Below are positions 9,576 through 19,105 of a stretch of DNA of 31,297 bases, piece by piece. A program made the position numbers and the translations under genes. Each line of letters opens with the position of its first letter. Positions within the stretch are counted from its first letter, which is position 1. Location: contig JAITOJ010000053.1 of NCBI GenBank assembly GCA_031290005.1, forward strand, positions 1-31,297. Direction: 5' to 3'. The DNA is from Treponema sp. (GTDB taxonomy: Bacteria; Spirochaetota; Spirochaetia; Treponematales; Treponemataceae). The notes below the pieces were generated by a model, which was given only the letters and a program-made list of their open reading frames with translations, made no database searches and was not told the DNA's origin.

Positions 9576-11021
9576 TCAGAACCTGAAATACAGGAATGGA
9601 TTATATGCATCCACCGCCAGCCTGCCAATGGATAAAAGAAGCAAAGCAATTAAAAGCGTATATTTAACCGCGCTTGTAAATATATTTACCGGGATACGCA
9701 GTTTTCCCCACCAGGGAAAAGCGAAAATCAGGCCGCAGCCCAGGAAAATATAGAACTGGGTGTTGGCTAAAAGAAGCAATTCCACTGATGCCTGGGCTGC
9801 TCTGGTAAAATTCAACAAGCTGGAATAAAATACTAAACTTTCTTTAAGAGTCAGATTAAAGAGCATAAATTCAAAAATTATGAGTATGAAAATAAATACC
9901 CGTTGTAGAATCGTTTTCAGGATAAAGACCGTCTTTCCTTTATTATCAAAGAAGGAGCTTACCTTGCCGCCAACTGCTTTTTCCAGAATAAGCGTTGTGC
10001 CGCAAATCAGGCCAAAAATGATAAAATGATATTCAGCCCCATGCCATAAGCCTATTAAAGCATATACGATAACCAGGTTTACCATCTGCCTGACTTTACC
10101 GCACCGGCTGCCTCCCAGAGGGATGTAAAGATAATCTCTGAACCAGGTGGTAAGGGATATATGCCACCGCCGCCAGAATTCGGTAAACGACTTTGAAGCA
10201 AGAGGATAGTTAAAATTTTCCATTATGTGAAACCCGAACATTTTACCCATTCCGATTGCCATATCAGAGTAGCCGGAGAAATCATAGTAAAGCTGCAATA
10301 AGCTGGATATTACTTCCAAAAGCAGATAGATCGACGGCACACTGGCAAAAGGAAGCGTCAAAACATAATCCACATATTCCGCTAAAATGTTAGCGATCAG
10401 TACTTTTTTTGCAAACCCGATTATAAACCGCTCAATGCCCTGGGTAAATAATTCGGGACTATGCTTACGCTCCCTGATTTGCATGTTTATATCGTGATAT
10501 CTGACAATCGGCCCCGCAATTAACTGGGGGAAAAATGAAATAAATAAACCAAGACTCAGGATATTCCTTTGAACCAGTTCAGGCTTTCTGTATACATCCA
10601 CAAGGTATGAAATTGACTGGAATGTATAGAAGGAAATGCCCAGGGGCAATACAATTTTTGAAACGGTAACCTGAAATTCCGGTACATGAACAATTTTAAG
10701 TATTGAATTCAGTATCTGAGCGGAAAACCCCAAATACTTAAAACAGAACAGCAGCAGTAAATTGATGCTGACCCCTAAGGCAAGGGAAAACTTTCTTTTT
10801 GAAACTGAAAAAAAAGTATTCCCTATCAATAAACCTATATCATAATTCAAGATGATAGAACAGACCATGACAAGAACAAATTTCGGTTCTCCCCAAGCAT
10901 AAAATAGCAAACTTGCGATAAGCAGAATGATGTTTTTCGCCTTTATAAACGGACAGCAATAGTAAACAAGCAGCGTTAAGGGTAAAAAGAGGATAATAAA
11001 GGTTATAGAACTAAAAAGCAT
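9576..11021 (-). CDS. MBOAT family O-acyltransferase (AlgI/PatA type)
   Basis: LPLGISFYTFQ, DFSGYSDMAIG, FWRRWHISL, GLWHG (catalytic His), C-terminal YNPFLYFRF. Confidence 0.95.
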   Translation of the reverse strand: MLFSSITFIILFLPLTLLVYYCCPFIKAKNIILLIASLLFYAWGEPKFVLVMVCSIILNYDIGLLIGNTFFSVSKRKFSLALGVSINLLLLFCFKYLGFSAQILNSILKIVHVPEFQVTVSKIVLPLGISFYTFQSISYLVDVYRKPELVQRNILSLGLFISFFPQLIAGPIVRYHDINMQIRERKHSPELFTQGIERFIIGFAKKVLIANILAEYVDYVLTLPFASVPSIYLLLEVISSLLQLYYDFSGYSDMAIGMGKMFGFHIMENFNYPLASKSFTEFWRRWHISLTTWFRDYLYIPLGGSRCGKVRQMVNLVIVYALIGLWHGAEYHFIIFGLICGTTLILEKAVGGKVSSFFDNKGKTVFILKTILQRVFIFILIIFEFMLFNLTLKESLVFYSSLLNFTRAAQASVELLLLANTQFYIFLGCGLIFAFPWWGKLRIPVNIFTSAVKYTLLIALLLLSIGRLAVDAYNPFLYFRF

Positions 11022-11033
11022 TCAATTTCAACC

Positions 11034-12683
11034 TCATGTAGCAAGACTCTTTGCCTGTACTTCTTTTAACCCCAATTCGCTGAGTTTAAATTTCTGCACC
11101 TTTCCGCTGGGGGTAATGGGGAATGAATCCACAAAAAAAACATATTTTGGAATTTTAAAAAAACTGATTTTGTCGCGGCAAAAGTCTACAATATCTTTTT
11201 CACTGATTGATGCGCCCTCTTTCAAAATAATAAAAGCGCCAATTTCTTCGCCGTATTTTTTTGACGGAATACCCACCGCCTGCACATCCTTTATACCAGG
11301 CATGGTATGTAAAAGATTTTCTACTTCTTTGGGATACACATTTTCACCGCCCCGGATGATTAATTCTTTGATACGCCCCTCTATCACCAGATAACCATCG
11401 GGCAGCAAGGATCCTAAGTCGCCCGTATGGAACCAGCCGTTTGTATCAATGGCATCCCCGGTGGCTTCTTCCATTTTGTAATAGCCTTGCATAACACTAT
11501 AGCCTTTTACACAAATTTCACCCCTTGTATTGACCGGGCATTCGGCGTTCTCTGCGTCACGAATGCTTACCGCGATACCCGGAATGGGGATGCCTATGGT
11601 TTTAAGTTTTTGATCCGAAGGGTCATTTACAAAAGAATTGCAAATAAGCGGAGATGTTTCTGTGAGGCCGTAACCGATAGACAGCCATTCCAAATGCATT
11701 TTTTCTATGAGGTTTTTCGCTAATTCCGGCGGACATAAGGCGCCGCCCATATAGCCGTATTTAAGCTGTGTCGTGCTGAATGTATTAAACAGAGGATGAT
11801 TCAGCATCGCTATATACATAGTCGGCACCGCATATATCATAGTACAGTTCTCTTTTTGAATGGCGGTAAGGCATATAAGCGGATCAAAATTTTCCATAAC
11901 AATTGCTTTGGCCCCGAATAATAAAATCTCAATAATTCCATCGGTAAGCGACATAATATGGAATAAGGGCAGGGGATTCAAAACAACCGCATCTTCATTA
12001 ACATGCGCCATGGTATTGGCATGGCAGGCATTATTGATAATGCTCCGATGGGTAAGCATTGCGCCCTTGGGGTTTCCGGTTGTACCGGAAGTATACATGA
12101 TACAAAGAATATCAGTATGGTGAACTAATGATTCAGCTTTGTTTAGGTCGCCGCCGGCAATCTGCTTCCCCATTTCCAAAAGATTTTTCAGTGTATACAT
12201 TCCAGCGTGAGATGTATCATCGATATTTGCTATCATTTTTAAACAGGGAAATTTATTTGATATAAGATCCCCGGGTTCGGCGTTTTTTAGTTCGGGAATC
12301 AACTGGTATACCATCTCTGTATAATCCAGATCCCGGTGCCGGTCAATGATAAAAAGACCTTTTAGATCCGCCTGGCTGATAACGTACTCAACCTCATTGC
12401 GTTTATAACTTGAATTTATCGGGACAACCACAACTCCTATTCGGGCGGCGGCAAAGAACACCGTAGTCCACTCAGGCACATTGTTTGCCCAAATGCCGAT
12501 ATGGTCTCCTTTCTTAAAACCCGCCGCAAGCAGTCCTTTGGCAAGAGCGTCGGCTTTTTTATCCACATCGCCAAAGGTAAACCGTATGCCCCGATTCGGG
12601 AATACCAGAAATTCTTTGCCGCCGCGTGTTGCGGCCTGTTCCCGCAACGCGGCGCTCAAAGTGATTTCAAGTAATGTATTCAT
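11034..12683 (-). CDS. acyl-CoA synthetase / AMP-binding ligase
   Basis: YTSGTTGNPKG, GYGLTETSP, GWFHTGDLG, IIRGGENVYPKEVE, TPSGKVQKF. Confidence 0.93.
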   Translation of the reverse strand: MNTLLEITLSAALREQAATRGGKEFLVFPNRGIRFTFGDVDKKADALAKGLLAAGFKKGDHIGIWANNVPEWTTVFFAAARIGVVVVPINSSYKRNEVEYVISQADLKGLFIIDRHRDLDYTEMVYQLIPELKNAEPGDLISNKFPCLKMIANIDDTSHAGMYTLKNLLEMGKQIAGGDLNKAESLVHHTDILCIMYTSGTTGNPKGAMLTHRSIINNACHANTMAHVNEDAVVLNPLPLFHIMSLTDGIIEILLFGAKAIVMENFDPLICLTAIQKENCTMIYAVPTMYIAMLNHPLFNTFSTTQLKYGYMGGALCPPELAKNLIEKMHLEWLSIGYGLTETSPLICNSFVNDPSDQKLKTIGIPIPGIAVSIRDAENAECPVNTRGEICVKGYSVMQGYYKMEEATGDAIDTNGWFHTGDLGSLLPDGYLVIEGRIKELIIRGGENVYPKEVENLLHTMPGIKDVQAVGIPSKKYGEEIGAFIILKEGASISEKDIVDFCRDKISFFKIPKYVFFVDSFPITPSGKVQKFKLSELGLKEVQAKSLAT

Positions 12684-12693
12684 ATAATTCTCC

Positions 12694-13002
12694 TTATTTT
12701 AGCCTCTTAAAAGTCATCACATGGACATAATCTTCCTGGTTTATTTGCAGCGTATCACCTTTTATAGAAAACGAAGCCGGCGCCTCCCGTCCCAGTACCA
12801 GTTTATTATCCCCGGTTACAAAATAATTCATAAAAATTTCGTTATTAACATTTAACTCATTGTTTTTTAGAAAAGAAAAATAAACAGTCTGTCCATTTGA
12901 AACGGTTGCCCATGTCCCCAATAATTTATCTTCAGGTTGTGCGCACCCGGTAAAAAAAATCATGGGCAGCGTTAAAAACAACAAAATTGTAACTTTCGTA
13001 AT
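12694..13002 (-). CDS. small hypothetical lipoprotein
   Basis: lipobox FTGC followed by KLLGTW; the track start is TTG 12984, but an SD-positioned in-frame ATT lies at 13002. Confidence 0.65.
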   Translation of the reverse strand: MTKVTILLFLTLPMIFFTGCAQPEDKLLGTWATVSNGQTVYFSFLKNNELNVNNEIFMNYFVTGDNKLVLGREAPASFSIKGDTLQINQEDYVHVMTFKRLK

Positions 13003-13036
13003 CCTATCCTCCGGTTATCAAGATGAACACTATATA

Positions 13037-15274
13037 TTAACGCAAATGATACCAATAGTAAAGCTGCGTAGCGGTAATCGTGTTCCCAAAATATGACGGC
13101 GCCCAAGGCCACATGGCTATATGCGGGAATATATCCGTAAGGAGTTCCTGGGATCCAACACTCGCAACAGAACCGTCGGCCATGGATGTATAGGTCTCAA
13201 AACCCCGGGGGAAAATTTCTTTCAGATGCCCGGTATTAAGCATAAAAGAGAATTTACCATAGGGTGCATCGTTATCTCCCACAACATCGTCCTGCCGACC
13301 GCGCCTGTCTATTGCCTTGGTAACAAGGTTTTTTTTGCCGGTATAGACCGGGTCATAACTCGCCGCCTTATTTTCATACCACTCAATTTGCCACAACTGG
13401 GGCGCTTCGCCGCCCATTTCGGTTGCAAAGAGATTCTGCAATGAGAAGACACCGGGTGTGAAGAATTGGGCCAAGTCAAGACCGTATATCTTAACCTCAG
13501 CAGTATCGAGTGTCGTTGACACAGGCCAATCCCAGCCCGGAGAAGGCCACACCCAATCCGGATCAATAAAGGTATCGGGGATCTTGTTGGGAAAATAGAA
13601 TACGCCGTTGCCCTCAACTGCCGCTTTCACCTGGACAATGCCGTTCTTCGCCCAGTTGTTCTTACTGGCGGCCGCAGGAGACCACGAGCTGGAACCGCTG
13701 CTATTACTGCCGGTTCCATACCAGTGGGACAGAGAATCGTTTATCATGCCAAAGGCCTTGGTAAAGTCCGATTTAGCCCTGGGCAAGGCGGAAGCGTTTC
13801 GTACCCTGAGAAAATTATTCCTGAAGGGCAGCATATTGATAACCGTCGGGTAATCCTTCCAGAGATTCTCCCTGGCTCCGTTCTTAGCCGCAGTATCGAA
13901 CATTTTTTGGAGCACTTCGTCAAGACCATCTTCCGGCACAATCTGTGTAATGAGCCAATTTCGCAAATCTATGGTCAAATCGTAGGCGGAAAGATATTCA
14001 ACCGCGGCCTTAATCGCCTCCAAAGTACCAAAGATGTAATCAAGTTCCGCCTTTCCAACGTAGGTCGTTTCCGGCCCGTAGTAGTCGTCCAGTTCAAACC
14101 GGGTTTTAAGGCCGGAGTGCAATTCAACCTTCGCGTTTGCCGGAAAAGACGCGGCGCGGCTGACAATGGCCTCATAATCCTTGCCGAAGATATCCCGCTG
14201 AATTTTTTCCACCAGAGGATTGAAGCCCACGGTATTGGAAGCAATAATCCCCCAGAAAAGGTGGTTTTTAAGGGTCTGAATATGGGCCGGTTCATGAGAA
14301 ATGGGAAAATCGCTGTAGGGCGTCACAAACCCCCAGCTTGCGGGACTTTGTTTCGGGACGGTAATGTCCCTTCCCTCATAGCTGGTTTTCCCTATGGTAT
14401 AGGTCCCGCTATAGGTTCCCCACCATTTTTCTCCCTCCGTATACCCGTCACAAATCCAATCATCCAGAGTACCAGGGGTTGGAATATGGAAGGTACCCAG
14501 GAGGCTGCGGACATCCGGGTCAATAAGAAGATTGGCTAGTTTTGCCAGGGAAGAATAAAATATGGCTTCCGGGTCCTGGGGATTCTTTTTCCAGGCCTCC
14601 TCATAAAAAACAGACGCCGTATCGTACTGTTTGGCAGTGAGGTAATTCCAGCCGCTTGTCTTGAGTTCGTCAAAATCTTTTGCCACAAATTCAGCCTTCA
14701 CTTCCACATTTTCGGCGGGCATGGTAAAGGTATAGGGCGGAGTATCCGAAAGCGCCGTTTGGTTTACAAAAAGCGTTCCCGCCTTCAGGTCAAACCCGGG
14801 TTCCGGCACCAGAGTCAGGGTAATCGAGGTTCCGGTGGCGGCGGAAAGGGGATTGGAAAAAATGACGCCGTTTTCCAGGCCGGAATCAATATGAATCGAA
14901 TGCTGTCCCTCTGTTACCGGTACAAAAGCCGCAGTGATACGGGTATTGCTCCCAATTGAAGTCTGGTACCGGGTGCCTTTGATATAGAATGTTTTGCCCA
15001 TCAAGTCCGGGGCGTCTTCATTGAAGGATGTAAGGCTGTTCGCTTGCAGGGTATAGCCAGGGTCCGGGTTAATATACACCGTAATCCAGTCTCCGGAGAT
15101 AACGTACTGTTCGCTCAATTTGAGGGAGCCGTTTTGGGGGTTTGGATAGATACGTACCGTATAGACGGATTTGGCGTCCAGCGCCTTCATTGAAATATTC
15201 GAGCAGGCAACAATAACAATAACAACAAGCAGGGCCAGTATCCCACCGCAGGCAATAAGTAGTTTTTTATGCAT
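13037..15274 (-). CDS. large lipoprotein with two InlB-B/bacterial-repeat-like domains and a TPR-like motif
   Basis: signal ending IVAC; two repeats with ITxxxxPxPGY/F; YTFTMPAENVEVKAEF; TPR-like YDTASVFYEEAWKKNPQDPEAIFY. Confidence 0.7.
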   Translation of the reverse strand: MHKKLLIACGGILALLVVIVIVACSNISMKALDAKSVYTVRIYPNPQNGSLKLSEQYVISGDWITVYINPDPGYTLQANSLTSFNEDAPDLMGKTFYIKGTRYQTSIGSNTRITAAFVPVTEGQHSIHIDSGLENGVIFSNPLSAATGTSITLTLVPEPGFDLKAGTLFVNQTALSDTPPYTFTMPAENVEVKAEFVAKDFDELKTSGWNYLTAKQYDTASVFYEEAWKKNPQDPEAIFYSSLAKLANLLIDPDVRSLLGTFHIPTPGTLDDWICDGYTEGEKWWGTYSGTYTIGKTSYEGRDITVPKQSPASWGFVTPYSDFPISHEPAHIQTLKNHLFWGIIASNTVGFNPLVEKIQRDIFGKDYEAIVSRAASFPANAKVELHSGLKTRFELDDYYGPETTYVGKAELDYIFGTLEAIKAAVEYLSAYDLTIDLRNWLITQIVPEDGLDEVLQKMFDTAAKNGARENLWKDYPTVINMLPFRNNFLRVRNASALPRAKSDFTKAFGMINDSLSHWYGTGSNSSGSSSWSPAAASKNNWAKNGIVQVKAAVEGNGVFYFPNKIPDTFIDPDWVWPSPGWDWPVSTTLDTAEVKIYGLDLAQFFTPGVFSLQNLFATEMGGEAPQLWQIEWYENKAASYDPVYTGKKNLVTKAIDRRGRQDDVVGDNDAPYGKFSFMLNTGHLKEIFPRGFETYTSMADGSVASVGSQELLTDIFPHIAMWPWAPSYFGNTITATQLYYWYHLR

Positions 15275-15285
15275 ACATACACCCT

Positions 15286-16791
15286 TTATAAGCTGTAGGT
15301 AAAGGAAATGGGGATGGCAATAACCGGGTCGCCTGTGTATTTGGGCGAATATTTGTATGTCGCGGAGCTGGCGTTATAGCTGTAACGATCACTTCCCGGA
15401 AACATCATGGAGCATCCCATCCTCATCCTTCCGCCGGCGAATCCAAGCTCCCCCCAAAAGGCGAGTCCGAAATCGGTAAATTCACTGACATCGGTAACGG
15501 CCTTATTGGGATTGACGCCTTTCTGAGTCAGCTTGTCCTTCCCGTGAGTTTCCAAGCCGAAATCCACGCCGGCTTTCCAAACGCCTATAGTATAAGAAGG
15601 CATAAGCCAAAAATTCAAATCATATCCTGTTTCCGCTGTTTTATCGGAACTTTCTTTTTTGCCGCCAAAGGAAAAGTCCGCGCGGGCCGTGAGATTGAGA
15701 GCAGACAAGAAAACCGGCGTCCAGGAACCGGCAAGAGCGATAACAAAGGGATCCTGAATTTCATATTCGTTTTTATTCTGATTCGTGATAGGCTCATAAG
15801 CCTTGCCGTCGGTACCCACAACACGAGGATACACTTCAAGATTTATGGATTTTGTGGTATATGCAAAGGGAATCGTTGCGCCCAGATCTATCCTTACCGC
15901 CTTAAACCGGTCAAAGAGAAAAGCCGCCTGGATTACATCGCTGTCCCTGTTTGTATTCAGTCCAATGGCAAGCTTCTTTTCGACATTTACTACGGCTGCT
16001 GAATTTCCTATTTCACTCCATCTAAACACAGCCCGGTTGTTTCCGATGAACTGCACCCGGGCAAGGCCGGCATCAGGAATTTTCCAGCCGACGGCCACCT
16101 GAATGGCCTTATATACGTCAAGGGCGCTCGGAACACGGTCTCCGTCATATTCGGAATAGCTTTCATCATACTTGGTGGAAAGGGTGCTGTTGTCTTCGTT
16201 ATTAAACAAATTGAGAATAGCCCGCATATTGCTTCCCGGCGTCCCCGGCGCGCTTGAACCGAAAGCGCCCTGTACGGTAAATCCCTGGAACAGCGGCAGA
16301 CTGTCAAAAGTAACAAAAGGTTCTATTTTAAAATACGCGCCGGCAAAAGCGTCAAATCGCTGGAAGATATTGTCTTCCCCCTTGCCGCCGTTGGGAAGTA
16401 TCCAGGCGTTGAATTCGGAAGCGCCGAATTTTCCCCGGAGATCTTCCTCCTTGAAGAAACCCGCGGTTAAAGTGAAGGGCTTGAAAGGCCGGACCCAAAC
16501 TTTCGCGTTGTCCCCGATTCCCGCGGTTATCGCGCTGCCCGCATAGTTGTAGCCCCCGGAAAGGTCTATCTTGAAACCGATTTTTTCAGAAGGGGCTATT
16601 CCGTTCACGGTAAAGCCGATGCTGGGGTTGTCGGATGAAGTGTAGGTAATGGCCGAGACAGCCGAATGATCTCCGGAAAAGGCGATGGGAGTCACAACCC
16701 CGCGGCCCCAGGCCGAAAAATGTATTTCCCCATACAAAGAAGACGCAAGGGTAATAAAACAAAAAAATAATACATACCGGATATGTTTCAT
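15286..16791 (-). CDS. putative outer-membrane beta-barrel protein
   Basis: Sec signal without lipobox; alternating hydrophobic strands (GFTVNG, IGFKIDLSG, VWVRPF, FTLTAGFF); C-terminal strand IPISFTYSL. Confidence 0.6.
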   Translation of the reverse strand: MKHIRYVLFFCFITLASSLYGEIHFSAWGRGVVTPIAFSGDHSAVSAITYTSSDNPSIGFTVNGIAPSEKIGFKIDLSGGYNYAGSAITAGIGDNAKVWVRPFKPFTLTAGFFKEEDLRGKFGASEFNAWILPNGGKGEDNIFQRFDAFAGAYFKIEPFVTFDSLPLFQGFTVQGAFGSSAPGTPGSNMRAILNLFNNEDNSTLSTKYDESYSEYDGDRVPSALDVYKAIQVAVGWKIPDAGLARVQFIGNNRAVFRWSEIGNSAAVVNVEKKLAIGLNTNRDSDVIQAAFLFDRFKAVRIDLGATIPFAYTTKSINLEVYPRVVGTDGKAYEPITNQNKNEYEIQDPFVIALAGSWTPVFLSALNLTARADFSFGGKKESSDKTAETGYDLNFWLMPSYTIGVWKAGVDFGLETHGKDKLTQKGVNPNKAVTDVSEFTDFGLAFWGELGFAGGRMRMGCSMMFPGSDRYSYNASSATYKYSPKYTGDPVIAIPISFTYSL

Positions 16792-16808
16792 GCTATGTTC
16801 CTCATCTT

Positions 16809-16857
16809 AAAAAAAATAAAACAGAAAACAGGGAACGAATTTCTCCGTTCCCTGTTT
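16809..16857 (-). terminator. intrinsic terminator after the CE15-like gene
   Basis: 12-bp stem aaacagggaacg/cgttccctgttt (16826-16837/16846-16857) followed on the minus strand by a T-rich tract. Confidence 0.75.
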
Positions 16858-16887
16858 CTTACTTCGTAATACAACCAAAAGGCACTA

Positions 16888-19023
16888 TTACAGCGCTTCT
16901 GGTGTGTCGATTAAGCCTCTCCAGTCCATGGGTTTGAACCGGGGAACAGTAGGCGCCGCCGCCGGAGTTTTCCAGCCGGTATAGGTAACCGTTACCGACG
17001 AAGGAATCGTGGTACCATCGCCGGTTACAGGCGGATTGGGAACCGTCACTCTATCGCTGCTGGTATTGTATTGGGCTCCGCCATAGGTCCAGGGCTTGGG
17101 CCGGTTCACTTCGTCCGCTTCATAGGCGGCGATAAGCGCGTCCGGCAGCCTGCTCTTTACACGATCCGCGACAGAGGGATGGTTGGGTCTTCCCCAATTC
17201 ACGCGGTAATAGTCAAAACGTCCAAGGGGGTCATCCACATGGTATGCGGGATCCCTGAACTTGAAGAGGTTGTAGTCACTGGGAGCAACAGTACCGCTGT
17301 CGGGCAGAGCCTCGCCGCCGGCGATACCGGCCTTGGCGTCCATGTCCGCAAAAATCTTGCTCGCATGGTAGTTCCGGTCAGGCGCTTCGTTCCCAGTGTT
17401 CGATCCATGGGTTCCCCAAGTGAATATCGCGCCGTTTCGCCAGATATATTTGTACTCGTTCCCTTCCACTTCGCCGAGGAACTTGTACACATCATCAATA
17501 ATGACCCAGTTGGCAAACTGAGAGTCTGGATTGTTCCGGGGAACGCCAAGACCGTCCTGGAACAGGATGCCCCGGGGCGCCATGAGCGCGGAAAGATAAT
17601 GCTGGTCAAAGGGGATGGTGCAGAGAATGCCATAGGGAGACCTGAATTCGTTCCCCGTTACGTGGTCCATATCAAGACCGTAGTGCAGGTCCTGGAATTC
17701 CCGGAAACGTACCGAGAACCAGCCGGGGGTCTCGTTACGGCCTTCGGAAAGGCTCTGAATGCCGCCCCAGTAGCCATTGTTGCCTGAATACCATGAACTT
17801 GGGCACTGCCATCCCACATAGGGGGTGTTATCTTCGTTGTTTCCCAGGAATGGGGACCGTTCATAGCTTTCAAAATACGGGGACCAGCCGCGTACCGTCC
17901 GGTATCGGAAATTGTCGGCATTTCCGGCTGAAGGCACAACCGCAGGGCCGTTGCCCGGGGTTTCCTGACCATCCAGCACTTTTTTGACATACCAAGCCTT
18001 GCCCTGTAGTTGGGAATAATCCATAACCCCGGGCGCGTTCAGCGGAAGCGGGTCAGCGGGAAGATTGTTTTCCCGGTAACCGGAGGGAGAAATAAAGCGT
18101 TCCAGGGCGGGGCCGCCGGAACCGGCTGAACCGATTGCCACATGGCCCACCTTTGCGCCGCCCCTGCCTTCCGCGAAAGACGCGATACACTCAGCGGCTT
18201 TTCCGCCTCGGGAATACCCGGTAATACCAACCTTGTTCGGGTCGTACCAGCCCCGGAAGGCTTTTTCGGTTTCCGCGTCAATCGTGCCGTCCCCATTCGA
18301 ATCTATCCCTTCCATACCGGTCAGGACAACGCTCATGCCCCAGGCATAGGACATATTGCCCGAAGGCGCGTTCGTATCGGTATGGTTAATACCAAAAAGG
18401 GTGCATACTGGGCCGGAACCATCGCTTTCAGAGGCAAAGGTGGCGTTATTAAAGGTGCCGGTTCCGCCGGTCCAGTTCGTGCCGCTGGAACCGAAATACA
18501 GCCCCAGGTGTCCGCGATCCTCATCGGCCTTGGTTCCAGGAAGGGTCGTGTTGATGGTAAACTCAAAAGACCGCGTCTGGTACGTTACGGTGAAGGTTGT
18601 ATTGGCATCCCCCGAGTTTGACAAGGTAATATGGACCCCGTCTTCTTCCCTCAGAGAGGGCATAGGGCCGTATTCATAGTATTGCAGGATGCGGGAGATC
18701 TCCTTCCGTCGTTCTTCCCAGTCTTCCTTGGTAACAACCTTGTTGCCGTTGGCAAAGTGGAACAGGTCCGGAAACGCGTGCTGGTGCCCCAGCGCGTTCC
18801 ACACCGCTGTTGTAGGCATTGCCTCAAAGCTGGAAGCGTCAAAGCGGTAACCCGTGTAGCTGGGGTCAGGAACCCCAAAATTGCCGCCCAATGACCCGCC
18901 GCCCGGTATTCCGCCCTTGGGTGTATAAATACCGCTGGGAGTCGCCGCCTCGTTTTCGCAGGCGGTAAAAAAGACAAGCGCCGCCATAAGGGCGCAAGCC
19001 ACAAACATGAATTTCTTCATCAT
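16888..19023 (-). CDS. CE15 glucuronoyl-esterase-like lipoprotein (divergent)
   Basis: lipobox FTAC; PDLFHFANG..V.TKEDWEERRKEI, GITGYSRGGKAA (nucleophile), GWFS..F, PFDQHYLSALMAPR, GTH; GGAGG before ATG 19023. Confidence 0.78.
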   Translation of the reverse strand: MMKKFMFVACALMAALVFFTACENEAATPSGIYTPKGGIPGGGSLGGNFGVPDPSYTGYRFDASSFEAMPTTAVWNALGHQHAFPDLFHFANGNKVVTKEDWEERRKEISRILQYYEYGPMPSLREEDGVHITLSNSGDANTTFTVTYQTRSFEFTINTTLPGTKADEDRGHLGLYFGSSGTNWTGGTGTFNNATFASESDGSGPVCTLFGINHTDTNAPSGNMSYAWGMSVVLTGMEGIDSNGDGTIDAETEKAFRGWYDPNKVGITGYSRGGKAAECIASFAEGRGGAKVGHVAIGSAGSGGPALERFISPSGYRENNLPADPLPLNAPGVMDYSQLQGKAWYVKKVLDGQETPGNGPAVVPSAGNADNFRYRTVRGWSPYFESYERSPFLGNNEDNTPYVGWQCPSSWYSGNNGYWGGIQSLSEGRNETPGWFSVRFREFQDLHYGLDMDHVTGNEFRSPYGILCTIPFDQHYLSALMAPRGILFQDGLGVPRNNPDSQFANWVIIDDVYKFLGEVEGNEYKYIWRNGAIFTWGTHGSNTGNEAPDRNYHASKIFADMDAKAGIAGGEALPDSGTVAPSDYNLFKFRDPAYHVDDPLGRFDYYRVNWGRPNHPSVADRVKSRLPDALIAAYEADEVNRPKPWTYGGAQYNTSSDRVTVPNPPVTGDGTTIPSSVTVTYTGWKTPAAAPTVPRFKPMDWRGLIDTPEAL

Positions 19024-19051
19024 AATCAAAAACCTCCAAAAGTTTTTTGTA

Positions 19052-19080
19052 CGGGTTCCCGCGATTTCCGCGGGAACCCG
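19052..19080. other. perfect 12-bp GC-rich stem-loop between two lipoprotein genes
   Basis: cgggttcccgcg-atttc-cgcgggaacccg; no U-tract on the transcribed minus strand. Confidence 0.7.
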
Positions 19081-19105
19081 GTTGCGCAATTCAATTTTGA
19101 ATTAC

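Noticed and set aside
19024-19089. 22-residue N-terminal extension of the CE15-like ORF given in the track
   Set aside because: It spans the intergenic hairpin; GGAGG and the signal peptide support a start at 19023.
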